Shown here: piece after piece, positions 44,488 to 53,271 of the stretch
How positions within the stretch are numbered: the stretch's first letter is position 1
Layout: every line of letters begins with the position of its first letter
NCBI GenBank assembly: GCA_049841235.1
Contig: JASGEM010000030.1
Span: 23,452 to 87,451 of the forward strand
Reading direction: 5' to 3'
Source of the DNA: Propionicimonas sp.
Lineage (GTDB): Bacteria > Actinomycetota > Actinomycetes > Propionibacteriales > Propionibacteriaceae
DNA: 64,000 nt
Made by a program: the position numbers and the translations under genes
The notes under the pieces: model-generated
Databases searched by the model: none
Told to the model about the DNA's origin: nothing
Seen by the model: only the letters and a program-made list of their open reading frames with translations

Positions 44488-44742
44488 ATGCCCCTCCCGT
44501 CGCCGCGCATCGCCTTTGGTACGCGGCTACGCGAACTGCGCAGGGGAAAGGGCTGGTCGCAGGAAGAGCTTGCCCATCGCGCCGATCTCGACCGAACCTA
44601 CGTCAGCGGCGTCGAGCGAGGAGTCAGGAATCCGACCCTCGACGTGATCACGAGATTCGCCACCACCCTCAACGTCGAGGTCGCGGATCTCTTCCCGCGC
44701 GCCGACGGTGGATCAGAAGGCCCCGCCAACCCTTCCCGGTGA
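44488..44742 (+). CDS. XRE-family HTH protein of the R-M controller (C-protein) type
   Basis: 84 aa. FGTRLRELRRGKGWSQEELAHRADLDRTYVSGVERGVRNPTLDVITRFATTL carries the LDRTY(I/V)SG(I/V)ER..RNPT signature I associate with C proteins. It lies directly behind the C-box pair. Confidence 0.8.
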   Translation: MPLPSPRIAFGTRLRELRRGKGWSQEELAHRADLDRTYVSGVERGVRNPTLDVITRFATTLNVEVADLFPRADGGSEGPANPSR

Positions 44743-44764
44743 CCTGATGGAGACCTGCGGGAGG

Positions 44765-47092
44765 TCAGCGCGGCAGTAGGTCAAGGACTGCGGCGGCGAT
44801 CGAATCGGCGTCGATCTCGTGGTACCGGTAGACGCTGGCGAGGTCGCCGGACTGGCCGAAGCGGGTGACCCCAAGGTGCGTGCTCGGCACCCGCTGGACG
44901 CCCGCGAGGAATGACAGCGCGTGCGGGTGCCCGTCCAGGACGGTGACCAGCGGAGCCTTGCGCTCCTCGGGCAGCAGGGTGCGCAGCACCCACTCCCCGT
45001 CGGGTCGGACCTCTTCGACCCGACGATGCCGCGCCTGCAGTGCGGAGAAGAGCAGCCCGGGGCTGGTGATGCACAGCACCTCCACTTCAGCGCCGAGGCT
45101 GGTGAGCTGGTCAGCTGCCGCGAGGGCCTCCGGCACTACCGCACCCATCGCGGCGATCACCGCGTCCGGTCGCTCCACCGGACGCAGCCGGTAGCCGCCG
45201 GCGACCGCCTGCCGCCTGCGCAGTTCGCGTGCTTCGGGAGCCGTGGGGAGATCCGCGAGCAGCTGGTCGACCGGCCGGGTGGACAACCGCAGATAGCTGG
45301 ACGTGCCTGAGGCACGCCCCAGGCCGCGGATGCACTCCAGCAGTACCCACTCGGTGTCGACCACGAAGGCCGGTTCGTAGGCGATCACGCCGGGCTGCTC
45401 GAGGCCGATCGACGGCGTGACGATCGACTGGTGCGCGCCGCCCTCGGGCGCGAGACTGACCCCCGAGGGCGTGCCCACGAGGATGGACTGTCCGCCGGCA
45501 TAGACCCCGAACGACCATGGTTCCAGCGCCCGTCCCACGAACGGGTCGTAGACGACGCCGATCGGTATCAGCGCCTCGCCCCACCGGCTCCAGGTGGCGC
45601 CGAGTTCGCCGAGCAGGCCGACCAGGTTGGTTTCGGCGATCCCGAGCTCGATGTGTTGGCCGGAGGGACGTTCCCGCCAGTGAAGGATCGTCTCGGGATC
45701 GTCCTCGAACCAGCCGGAACGCTCGGTCGGCGCCCATACCCCGACCTTGTTGACCCAGCCACCGAGGTTCGTGCTCGAGCTCACGTCGGGGCTGACCGTG
45801 ACGACCCGCCCGCCGATCTCGGGCGCCGACCGGGCAAGATCCAGCAGGACGCGGCCCAGTGCGCTCTGGGTGGTCGCCCGGCCACGCGGGGACCAGCCGA
45901 AGTCGCTCGGCGGAGAGAAGCCCGCAGCGGCCCGGGTCTCCGGTCGGGAGAGCCGCTGGGCGGTCTCGCGGCAGAGCTTCTCCTCCGCGCTGTCCTTCGG
46001 GAAGCCGGCGAAGGGCCGGTCGCGATCGACGCCGAGCCGGCCGGCGAGGTCCTCGAGTTGCTCGGGGGTCAACAGTGCCGAATGGTTCTGGGGATGTCCT
46101 TCGCTGGCGAGTTGGTGACCCTTCACCGTGTAGGCGACGATCACGGTCGGACGGGTGTCGTCGATCTGATCGAAGGCGTCCAGGAGCGTCGCCGGATCGT
46201 GACCGCCGAGATCGCGCAACGCCGACCACAGCTGGTCGTCGCCGACCGGGGCGATCACCTCGCGCAATCCGGGGTGCGCCGGGTCCGCGAGGCGACTGCG
46301 CAGTTCCTCCGGGCGGCAGCGCAGGAGTCGTTGGTACTCCGGATTGCCCATCTGCTCGATCCGGTCCCGCAGCGCTTCGCCTCCGGGAAGGGCGAACAGG
46401 GAGCGCAGCTCGCTGCCGTACTTGGCCTGGATGACCTGCCAGCCGGCGGCTTCGAACATCTGCTGAACCCGTGCCGCGCTGCCCGAGGCAAGGACGCGGT
46501 CGAGCGACTGCCGGTTGAGATCCACGATCCAGACGACTTCGCCGAGTTCGCGGACGAGCGGGTCGCTCACGGCCTCCCAGACCGCGCCCTCATCGAGCTC
46601 GGCGTCTCCGACGAGGGAGTACTGGCGACCTCGGCCGGGAGTGCCACCGTGGTCGGCGACGAAGCGCCGCGCCAGGGTGCCCCACAGGGGCGCGGTCGCC
46701 CCGATCCCGACCGATCCGGTCGAGTAGTCCACCACCCCCCGGTCCTTGGTCCGGCTGGGGTAGCTCTGCAGCCCTCCGAAGGATCGCAGCGTGGTCAGGT
46801 CCGCCTCCTCGAGTTGCCCGAGCAGGTAGTTGATGGCGTGCAGCACCGGGGAGGCGTGCGGCTTGACCGACACCCGGTCCTCCGGCTCGAGCCGGTCGAA
46901 CCACAGGCAGGTCATGATCGTGGTCATCGAGGCGCTCGACGCCTGATGGCCACCGACCTTGAGCCCGCTCGGGTCTCGGCGGACCCGATTGGCGTGGTCG
47001 ACCATGGCGGTCGCGAGCCAGAGCACCCGTCGTTCGACGGATCGCAGCAGGCTCTCGCGATCGGTGAGCACATCGGTGGCCGGAAGGCTCAT
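44765..47092 (-). CDS. AceE-like homodimeric 2-oxoacid dehydrogenase E1 / transketolase-superfamily TPP enzyme
   Basis: 775 aa. TPP motif LVGDAELDEGAVWEA..VVWIVDLNRQSLD. The N-terminal KVGGHQASSASMTTIM resembles AceE GGHIAS. The ATG overlaps the upstream stop (ATGA). Confidence 0.8.
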   Translation of the reverse strand: MSLPATDVLTDRESLLRSVERRVLWLATAMVDHANRVRRDPSGLKVGGHQASSASMTTIMTCLWFDRLEPEDRVSVKPHASPVLHAINYLLGQLEEADLTTLRSFGGLQSYPSRTKDRGVVDYSTGSVGIGATAPLWGTLARRFVADHGGTPGRGRQYSLVGDAELDEGAVWEAVSDPLVRELGEVVWIVDLNRQSLDRVLASGSAARVQQMFEAAGWQVIQAKYGSELRSLFALPGGEALRDRIEQMGNPEYQRLLRCRPEELRSRLADPAHPGLREVIAPVGDDQLWSALRDLGGHDPATLLDAFDQIDDTRPTVIVAYTVKGHQLASEGHPQNHSALLTPEQLEDLAGRLGVDRDRPFAGFPKDSAEEKLCRETAQRLSRPETRAAAGFSPPSDFGWSPRGRATTQSALGRVLLDLARSAPEIGGRVVTVSPDVSSSTNLGGWVNKVGVWAPTERSGWFEDDPETILHWRERPSGQHIELGIAETNLVGLLGELGATWSRWGEALIPIGVVYDPFVGRALEPWSFGVYAGGQSILVGTPSGVSLAPEGGAHQSIVTPSIGLEQPGVIAYEPAFVVDTEWVLLECIRGLGRASGTSSYLRLSTRPVDQLLADLPTAPEARELRRRQAVAGGYRLRPVERPDAVIAAMGAVVPEALAAADQLTSLGAEVEVLCITSPGLLFSALQARHRRVEEVRPDGEWVLRTLLPEERKAPLVTVLDGHPHALSFLAGVQRVPSTHLGVTRFGQSGDLASVYRYHEIDADSIAAAVLDLLPR

Positions 47093-49098
47093 GGTGTCCT
47101 CCTTGGACGCTCGGGCGTGGGCGGGCGAGTGCCACCGGAACGGCTGGACGTGAGCCGGGCCAGCACCGACTCGAGTGCGGCACAGCAGCCCGCCGGGTGG
47201 TCGGCGAGCTCGGCCGGACGCGATTCCAGGAGGCGGATCAGATCGGGGACATCGGCGATCTCGAGCAACCCGTGCCGGTAGGCCATCGGGGTGGTCTCGC
47301 GTGGGCTGGGCACGAGAAGGTCTTCGAGGCTCCGCAGTCCCTCGACGACCACCCCGGCCACCCGGTCGTCGAGCGTTGCCGCCAGCAGGGCCACCAGACC
47401 GAAGGCGCCGGCCCCGGCCAGGATGATGCTCCCCTTGTCGAGTTGCTGGGCCGACGAGTACCGGGCCGAGAGATAGTCCACCAGCCGGCCCACGTCCCCG
47501 ACCCGCTGGCTCAGCAGGTCGCGGTCGAGCATCCAGGCCGCGGTCGCGATCTCGAACTCGGAGGCGTCGGACTCGCCGGTTCCCCGCAGGTCAGGTAGCA
47601 GCACGGCCCACCCGCGTTCACGTGCCAGCGCGGTGGCGGGCAGGTCCAGCGCCGCCTGCTTTCCGCCCTCGTCCAGGATGACGACGATCGGAGCGAGCGC
47701 GTCCGTCCAGTTCTCCGGCAGCAGCAGGAGCGCGTCGAGCACGATCCCCGGCTCGGAGTCGAATTCGAGGTGCTGCGCGAAGCCACCCTCGATCGGGAGA
47801 TGCCGGCGCACCCGGACGGGTGGTGGCCGGTCCTGCGGATCCAGTCCGAGGAAGGCGCGAAGCGACCCTGCGTCCGCGGGGGGCCGGGTCGTCCGCAGGG
47901 CGGCCGCTCGTTGCCGGGCAAGCTCGACCAGGGGCAGGTTGGCGTCCACCGGGCTGGGCAGGCAGGTGCCGGACGAGGGGCGGGGGGACATGTCCTGGGG
48001 CCGGCGTGCCGAGCCCAGGTTGTGCGGGTTCGGCCATTGCGGGTCGAAGTCCGGCCTCCCGTCGGGAAGGGTGGTCGCCGCGTGACCGGCGAGTTGGCGG
48101 ACGAGGTGGCCGGCGACGACCTCGCGCATCGCGGCGGAGGCGAAGCCGTGCCCGCCGGGAACCTCGACGTAGGCGAAAGAGAGGTCCTGCTCGCCGAGGA
48201 GCTCCCGGACCTCCGTGGCGACCTCGCGGGCACCGGCCAGGGGGAACGGCGGATCGTCGGTCGCATTGGCCACCAGGAGCTGCCGTGGGGCGACACAGGC
48301 CAGGATCTCGCCCATCGTGCCGATCGCGCAGAGCCGGGGAACCTGGTTGCACAGGTCGACCCAGCCGTCCCAACCGGTTCCGAACGCGGCGTCGCCGAGC
48401 TGGCCGAGGTGGGTGTTCACGATCGACGAGATCGCTGCGACCCCGATCCGTGGGTCGAGCACGGCGGCGAAGATCGAGGAGAACCCGCCGCCGGAGGCCC
48501 CCACCACCCCGAGACGGGAGGGGTCGACCTCGGGCAGGCCCTCCAGAATGCCGAGCGCCGTCCGGGTCTCGGCGACCATCAGGCCGAGAGTGGTGAACCC
48601 GGTCAGCACCGGCGCCAGTTGTCCGTGCTGGTGCCAGCCGACCCTCCGCTCACCCTGGCCCACCGTGTCGTAGCAGAGCACGGCGATGCCGTCGCGGACC
48701 AGGCGGAGATTCATGAGCTGCAGCGGCGCGGCGAGCTTGCCGTCCTCCATCCAGTGCCCGGGCGGGTGCACCACCGCCGGGTGCGGGCCGGCGCCGTCCG
48801 GAAGATACAGCAGCGCCGGGACCGGGAGCCCCGGTGCGGTCTCGAAGACGAGCTTCCGAATCCGGTAGCCCGGGCCCTCCACCTCATCGAGCCAGGTGCG
48901 TGCCTCGGCCGACGGGATGCGGTCGGTACCGAGCGAGCGGATGAGTGCCTCCCGGATCCGTTCCGGCTCGGGCAATTCGCCCCGCGCCCGAGCCTCGCGC
49001 TGCCGCCGGGCCAGCAGGCTGGCCTGATCGAGGACGAAGTCCGGCAGCATCGACCCGCGCGCGGGTGGCCGGAGCAACTGCTCGAGACGCCTCACCAC
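47089..49098 (-). CDS. Tandem alpha/beta-hydrolase-fold protein (N-terminal esterase-like half with GASGG elbow; C-terminal half lacks a Ser)
   Basis: The GTG at 49098 is preceded by GAGGGAGAA; an alternative ATG is at 49050. Half 1 reads PAVVHPPGHW..VGASGGGFSSIF. Half 2 reads PIVVILDEGG..LLPDLRGTGES..IILAGAGAFGLVA. The Arg/Pro-rich 137 codons upstream in the tracked ORF were rejected. Confidence 0.65.
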   Translation of the reverse strand: MVRRLEQLLRPPARGSMLPDFVLDQASLLARRQREARARGELPEPERIREALIRSLGTDRIPSAEARTWLDEVEGPGYRIRKLVFETAPGLPVPALLYLPDGAGPHPAVVHPPGHWMEDGKLAAPLQLMNLRLVRDGIAVLCYDTVGQGERRVGWHQHGQLAPVLTGFTTLGLMVAETRTALGILEGLPEVDPSRLGVVGASGGGFSSIFAAVLDPRIGVAAISSIVNTHLGQLGDAAFGTGWDGWVDLCNQVPRLCAIGTMGEILACVAPRQLLVANATDDPPFPLAGAREVATEVRELLGEQDLSFAYVEVPGGHGFASAAMREVVAGHLVRQLAGHAATTLPDGRPDFDPQWPNPHNLGSARRPQDMSPRPSSGTCLPSPVDANLPLVELARQRAAALRTTRPPADAGSLRAFLGLDPQDRPPPVRVRRHLPIEGGFAQHLEFDSEPGIVLDALLLLPENWTDALAPIVVILDEGGKQAALDLPATALARERGWAVLLPDLRGTGESDASEFEIATAAWMLDRDLLSQRVGDVGRLVDYLSARYSSAQQLDKGSIILAGAGAFGLVALLAATLDDRVAGVVVEGLRSLEDLLVPSPRETTPMAYRHGLLEIADVPDLIRLLESRPAELADHPAGCCAALESVLARLTSSRSGGTRPPTPERPRRTP

Positions 49099-49132
49099 GG
49101 CTTTCTCCCTCGCGCGAACGTAACCGGTGTCC

Positions 49133-49942
49133 TCATGTGCCGCCGTCCACCCAGTCGGCGAGCAGGCCGGCGAACTCCGGCGCCCGCTCGATCTGCGCCC
49201 AGTGCCCAACATCCTCCCAGACGACCGAACGGCTGTGCGGATCGCCGTACAATCTCCGCTCCCAGTCGGCCCCGGCGGGCGTCGTGTGCACCGCGAGCAC
49301 CGGTTGCACCCGTCGCACCAGATAGGCCTCCGCACCCGCTCGGCTGCAGATCTCGTCGGGTGCCTCGAACAGGCCGGCGAGGCAGGCCTCGAGCACCGCC
49401 GGATCGCAGCCCAGCGCCCGCCGGGCAAGCCACTCGACCAACCACTCGGGGGTGGTGGGGCCGGCCCAGGACCGGACCGCCTCCGCCGCCGCGACCGGGC
49501 CGCGGGCACGGACGGCCCTCAGCAGTTCGAGCCGTTCGGGCCATTCCTGCTCCGAGACGCCGTACGAGGGGTCGACCACGACCACCGCTGAGACGAGTTC
49601 GGGACGCTCTACCGCCAGCGCGGAGACGACGACGGCGCCCAGCGAGTGGCCGACGGCGACGACCCCGGTGAGGCCGAGCCCGTCGAGCAGAACGGCAAGA
49701 TCCCCCGCGAGCTCGCGCGGGGCGTAGCCGGCAGGAGTCGCCGTGGAGTGGCCGAAACCGCGCAGATCGGGAACGATCAGACGGCGCCCCGAGAGCGCCG
49801 GCATCTGCCACGACCAGTCGCTGCCGTCCGCGGACCAGCCGTGGACCAGCAGCATCGCCGGCTCGCCCGATCCCCGTTCGGTGACGAAAAGGCTCGCGTC
49901 CCCCACGTCCATCCGGCTGATCCGGTCAACCACGGCGCTCAC
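49133..49942 (-). CDS. Alpha/beta hydrolase
   Basis: Reads PAMLLVHGWSADGSDWSWQMPAL..VPDLRGFGHS..AVGHSLGAVV (GHSLG elbow). The GTG at 49942 overlaps the permease stop (GTGA); an alternative ATG is at 49912. Confidence 0.8.
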   Translation of the reverse strand: MSAVVDRISRMDVGDASLFVTERGSGEPAMLLVHGWSADGSDWSWQMPALSGRRLIVPDLRGFGHSTATPAGYAPRELAGDLAVLLDGLGLTGVVAVGHSLGAVVVSALAVERPELVSAVVVVDPSYGVSEQEWPERLELLRAVRARGPVAAAEAVRSWAGPTTPEWLVEWLARRALGCDPAVLEACLAGLFEAPDEICSRAGAEAYLVRRVQPVLAVHTTPAGADWERRLYGDPHSRSVVWEDVGHWAQIERAPEFAGLLADWVDGGT

Positions 49943-50769
49943 TTGCCGATCCCCGCAGTGAGACCCCGGACGAAGAAGCGCTGGCCGAAGATGTAGAGCA
50001 GCACGATGGGGACGACCGAGATGAACGCGCCCGCCATGACCAGCGGCTGCTGGGCCAGGTAGCGCCCCTGGAAGGTGGCGAGGCCGGCCATGAGCGTGCG
50101 GGCATCCCCCTGCTGCAGGAAGACCAACGCGATCAGCAGCTCGTTCCAGGCATAGATCAGGTTGACCAGGACCAGCGTGAACAACGCCGGTCCGGAGAGC
50201 GGGGTGACGATCCGGGTGAGGGTGCTGAGCGGGCCGAGGCCGTCCATCTTCGCCGCCTCGATCAGTTCCATGGGGACGCTCCGCAGGAAGCTGGTGAGGA
50301 AGAACACCGAGAACGGCAGGAACAGCCCGACGTAGATGACGATCACCGAAGGCAGGCGATTGATCAGCCCGATGTCCACCATGAGGACGAACAGCGGGGT
50401 CAGCAGGGTGACCGGCGGCACCACCATGAGCGCGAGGTTCCCGTTGGCGAACAGTGAGCGGCCGGGGAACCGCGCGAAGACCACCGCGTAGCTGGCCAGC
50501 AGGGCGATCGCTGTCGTCGCGATCGAGGCCGCAACGGAAACCACAATGCTGTTCAGCAGCCAGGTCAGCACCGGCATGGACTCGATGAGCTGGACGAAGC
50601 TCTGCACCGTCGGCGGCACCGGCAGGCCGAGCGGATCCTGCTGGTATTGCGGGTCGGTCTTCAAAGAGGTCTGGACGATGAACCAGATCGGGTACAGACA
50701 GACCAGGCATACCGCGACGAGGAAGGCATGCTTGACGACCGAGCCGGCGCGCGGACCGCGGCTGTTCAC
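49939..50769 (-). CDS. Carbohydrate ABC transporter permease
   Basis: EAA loop PMELIEAAKMDGLGPLSTLTRIVTP. The GTG at 50769 overlaps the upstream stop (GTGA). Confidence 0.85.
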   Translation of the reverse strand: MNSRGPRAGSVVKHAFLVAVCLVCLYPIWFIVQTSLKTDPQYQQDPLGLPVPPTVQSFVQLIESMPVLTWLLNSIVVSVAASIATTAIALLASYAVVFARFPGRSLFANGNLALMVVPPVTLLTPLFVLMVDIGLINRLPSVIVIYVGLFLPFSVFFLTSFLRSVPMELIEAAKMDGLGPLSTLTRIVTPLSGPALFTLVLVNLIYAWNELLIALVFLQQGDARTLMAGLATFQGRYLAQQPLVMAGAFISVVPIVLLYIFGQRFFVRGLTAGIGK

Positions 50770-51659
50770 GACTCCCCCTGGGCGCGGCGCAGCCGTGAGT
50801 AGATGACGATGAGCACGCCGGAGAGGGTGAGCAGCACGACCGCGGCCGCCGAACTCAGCCCTGGCGAGTTGTACTCGAAGGCGTAGCGCCACACGTACAG
50901 ATCCATCACGCTCGATGCGGTGCCCGGGCCGCCGCGAGAGATGACGTAGACGTAGGGAAAGGTCCACGCCAGCACCTGGATCGCCTGAAGCACGAGGAAG
51001 AACTCGATGGTGCCCCGGATCGCCGGGACGAGGACCAGACGGTTGCGTTGCCAGCGCGTCGCACCGTCCACCATCGCTGCCTCGCTCAGCTCGGCAGGGA
51101 CCGCGTCGAGCGCGGCGGCGAAGATGACCACCCCGAAGCCGAGCTGGGCCCAGACGAGCACACCACCGATGGTGGGCAGGACCCACGCCGGGTCTCCGAG
51201 CCAGTCCATGGCGAGAGCATCGAGACCCACTCCACGCAACAGCGAGTTCACGATGCCTCGCTGCTGTAGCAGGAAGGAGAAGCTGAGCCCGATCGCGGTT
51301 GCCGGAATCAGGTAGGGCAGGAACACCAGGATGCGGTACAGCCGCCAGCCACGAGTGCCCTCGTAGAGCAGGAGTGCGACGACCAGCGCGACCGTCGTCG
51401 TCACCGGCACCGCGAGCAGCAGCTTCAGGCTGTTGGTCAGCGAGGTGACGAAGACCGGGTCGGCCAGCAGCGCCTCGAAGTTGCGCAGCCCACCGAACTG
51501 CATGCGACCCATCGAGCCGGTGTAGAGGCTGTTGCGGATCACGGAAACCAGCGGGAACACGAACACCAACCCGAGGACGGCCACCGCCGGGAGGATGAAG
51601 AGAAACGGCCAGACCCCGCCGTCACGCGGCGGGGTCACGCCGGCTACCCCTCGGCCCAC
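50766..51659 (-). CDS. Carbohydrate ABC transporter permease
   Basis: EAA loop PAELSEAAMVDGATRWQRNRLVLVP. The start is at 51659, or at GTG 51638, 6 nt after the SBP stop. Confidence 0.85.
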   Translation of the reverse strand: MGRGVAGVTPPRDGGVWPFLFILPAVAVLGLVFVFPLVSVIRNSLYTGSMGRMQFGGLRNFEALLADPVFVTSLTNSLKLLLAVPVTTTVALVVALLLYEGTRGWRLYRILVFLPYLIPATAIGLSFSFLLQQRGIVNSLLRGVGLDALAMDWLGDPAWVLPTIGGVLVWAQLGFGVVIFAAALDAVPAELSEAAMVDGATRWQRNRLVLVPAIRGTIEFFLVLQAIQVLAWTFPYVYVISRGGPGTASSVMDLYVWRYAFEYNSPGLSSAAAVVLLTLSGVLIVIYSRLRRAQGES

Positions 51660-53026
51660 GTCAGATAGGCCTCGAACTCCGCGGGCTGCTGGGTCTGCCA
51701 GGCCTCGATGACCCGCTGAATCTCAGCGGCCGCCTCGTCGGGCGTGAGGGAGCCGGCGATCAGTGCCTGCCCGACGGACCGTAGCCCCTGGGAATCCACC
51801 TGAGGCGGTGCGTAGTTCTGGGCCCAAAGCTGTAGCGGCAGGGTGTTGAGCTCGTAGAGGTCGCGCTTGAGCCCGTCCTCGACGAGGCTGGAGTCGAACC
51901 GCTTGTCCGCCGGGAAGGAGCCGGTCGTCTCGTACCAGCTGACCAGGTTCTCGGGGTCGTGAAGCCAGGCGAGGAAGGTGGCGGCCTGCACCTTCTGCTC
52001 CGACCACGATGTCACGAAGGCGGAGATCGACTGGGTCGCGGTGTAGGCCTGGGCGAGCGCGCCGTCCCCTGCGGTGGGCGTCTTCTGGACACCGAGGGAG
52101 CTGCCCAGACCCGAGTTCATCCACTCGACCACGTTGCCGTCCGTCGCCCACGTCATCGCAGCCTGACCCTGGGCGAACTGCTGCCAGCCTTCGAGAGCGT
52201 CGATGGAGGAGATGTCACTGTTGAGGTAGCCCTTCTCCACGAGTTCTGCGAGCAGTTCCAGGTAGCGCGAGTACTTGGGTTCGGTGAACTGGGCCTTGCC
52301 GGAGTAGACGGCCTGCAGTTCCTGGACGGAATCCAGCGTCTGCGTGCCGACCATGCCCTGGAACCAGCCTCCGAAGGCACCGTCCTTGGCACCGAAGACG
52401 ATCGGGGTGATCCCGGCCGCTTTGAGCTTCTCCGACGCCGCCAGCAGCTCGTCCCAGGTCTGGGGGCCTTGGTCGGTGGGCAGGCCGGCTTGAGCGAACA
52501 GGTCCTTGTTCCAGACGAAGGGTGCGCCGAGAAGGTACAGCGGCATGGCCCAGACCTTGCCGTCGTAGGTGTTCTCGGCGGTGTTGAGCCAGTTGGCCAT
52601 CTCCGCTTCGGGGACGAGCCCGGTGAGCGGCTCGACATAGCCCCGCCACACCGGGGTGAGCACGGGCAGAGTGGCCCATTGCATCGCGATGTCAGGGCCG
52701 GAGCGGGATTGTCCCGCGGTCTCGAAGGCCCCCTGGAGCGTCTCGCTCGCCTGCGGCACCAACTCGATCGAAATGTCCGGATGCAGCTGCTCGTATCGGG
52801 TGATCGCCTCCTCCATCCACGCGGTTGCACCCGGGACGTCAGGTTCCGCCCAGAACCAGAAAGTCAACGTGCCGGCGTACGCTTCGTCCGTTGTCGGGCC
52901 GGCCGACGGCTGTCCCCCCGGTGTGGTTGCCGAGGGTGCCGTCGATCCCGAACAGGCCGCCGCGGTGAGCAGGAGTGCCATCCCCCCGACTCCGGCGAGC
53001 AGCTTCCTCAGAGTGCGAGCTTTCAT
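51644..53026 (-). CDS. ABC transporter sugar-binding lipoprotein
   Basis: Begins MKARTLRKLLAGVGGMALLLTAAAC (lipobox). The ATG at 53026 is preceded by GAGGAGAA. Confidence 0.9.
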   Translation of the reverse strand: MKARTLRKLLAGVGGMALLLTAAACSGSTAPSATTPGGQPSAGPTTDEAYAGTLTFWFWAEPDVPGATAWMEEAITRYEQLHPDISIELVPQASETLQGAFETAGQSRSGPDIAMQWATLPVLTPVWRGYVEPLTGLVPEAEMANWLNTAENTYDGKVWAMPLYLLGAPFVWNKDLFAQAGLPTDQGPQTWDELLAASEKLKAAGITPIVFGAKDGAFGGWFQGMVGTQTLDSVQELQAVYSGKAQFTEPKYSRYLELLAELVEKGYLNSDISSIDALEGWQQFAQGQAAMTWATDGNVVEWMNSGLGSSLGVQKTPTAGDGALAQAYTATQSISAFVTSWSEQKVQAATFLAWLHDPENLVSWYETTGSFPADKRFDSSLVEDGLKRDLYELNTLPLQLWAQNYAPPQVDSQGLRSVGQALIAGSLTPDEAAAEIQRVIEAWQTQQPAEFEAYLTWAEG

Positions 53027-53133
53027 CCGTGTTCTCCTCGATCTCTTGTCTGCGGGCCGGGCCCGGACGCCTCGGAACCGGGCAGTGGACGTCGTTGACA
53101 CTATCCGACGGGTGGACACCATGGCAAGATGCA

Positions 53134-53150
53134 TGCAGCAATATACTGCA
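53134..53150. promoter_or_regulatory. Candidate LacI operator (TGCAGCA-type)
   Basis: TGCAGCAATATACTGCA, with a further CTGCA at 53155-53159. It lies in the divergent region between the SBP gene and lacI. Confidence 0.35.
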
Positions 53151-53271
53151 AGAACTGCAACATGTGCCTGGCTATTCACGAGTGTCCGTGGATGGAGCAG
53201 GCCGTCGCGAGAATCCGGGAGCGGCTCGCTGCGATATCGTGGCGCTGCCGCAAGAACGCTCTGGAGGCAAT

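Noticed and set aside
47770-49671. 633-aa and 258-aa plus-strand ORFs, and the 261-aa and 251-aa minus-strand alternative frames, in the hydrolase region
   Set aside because: They have extreme Arg/Pro/Gly composition and no motifs. They overlap frames with clear alpha/beta-hydrolase signatures.
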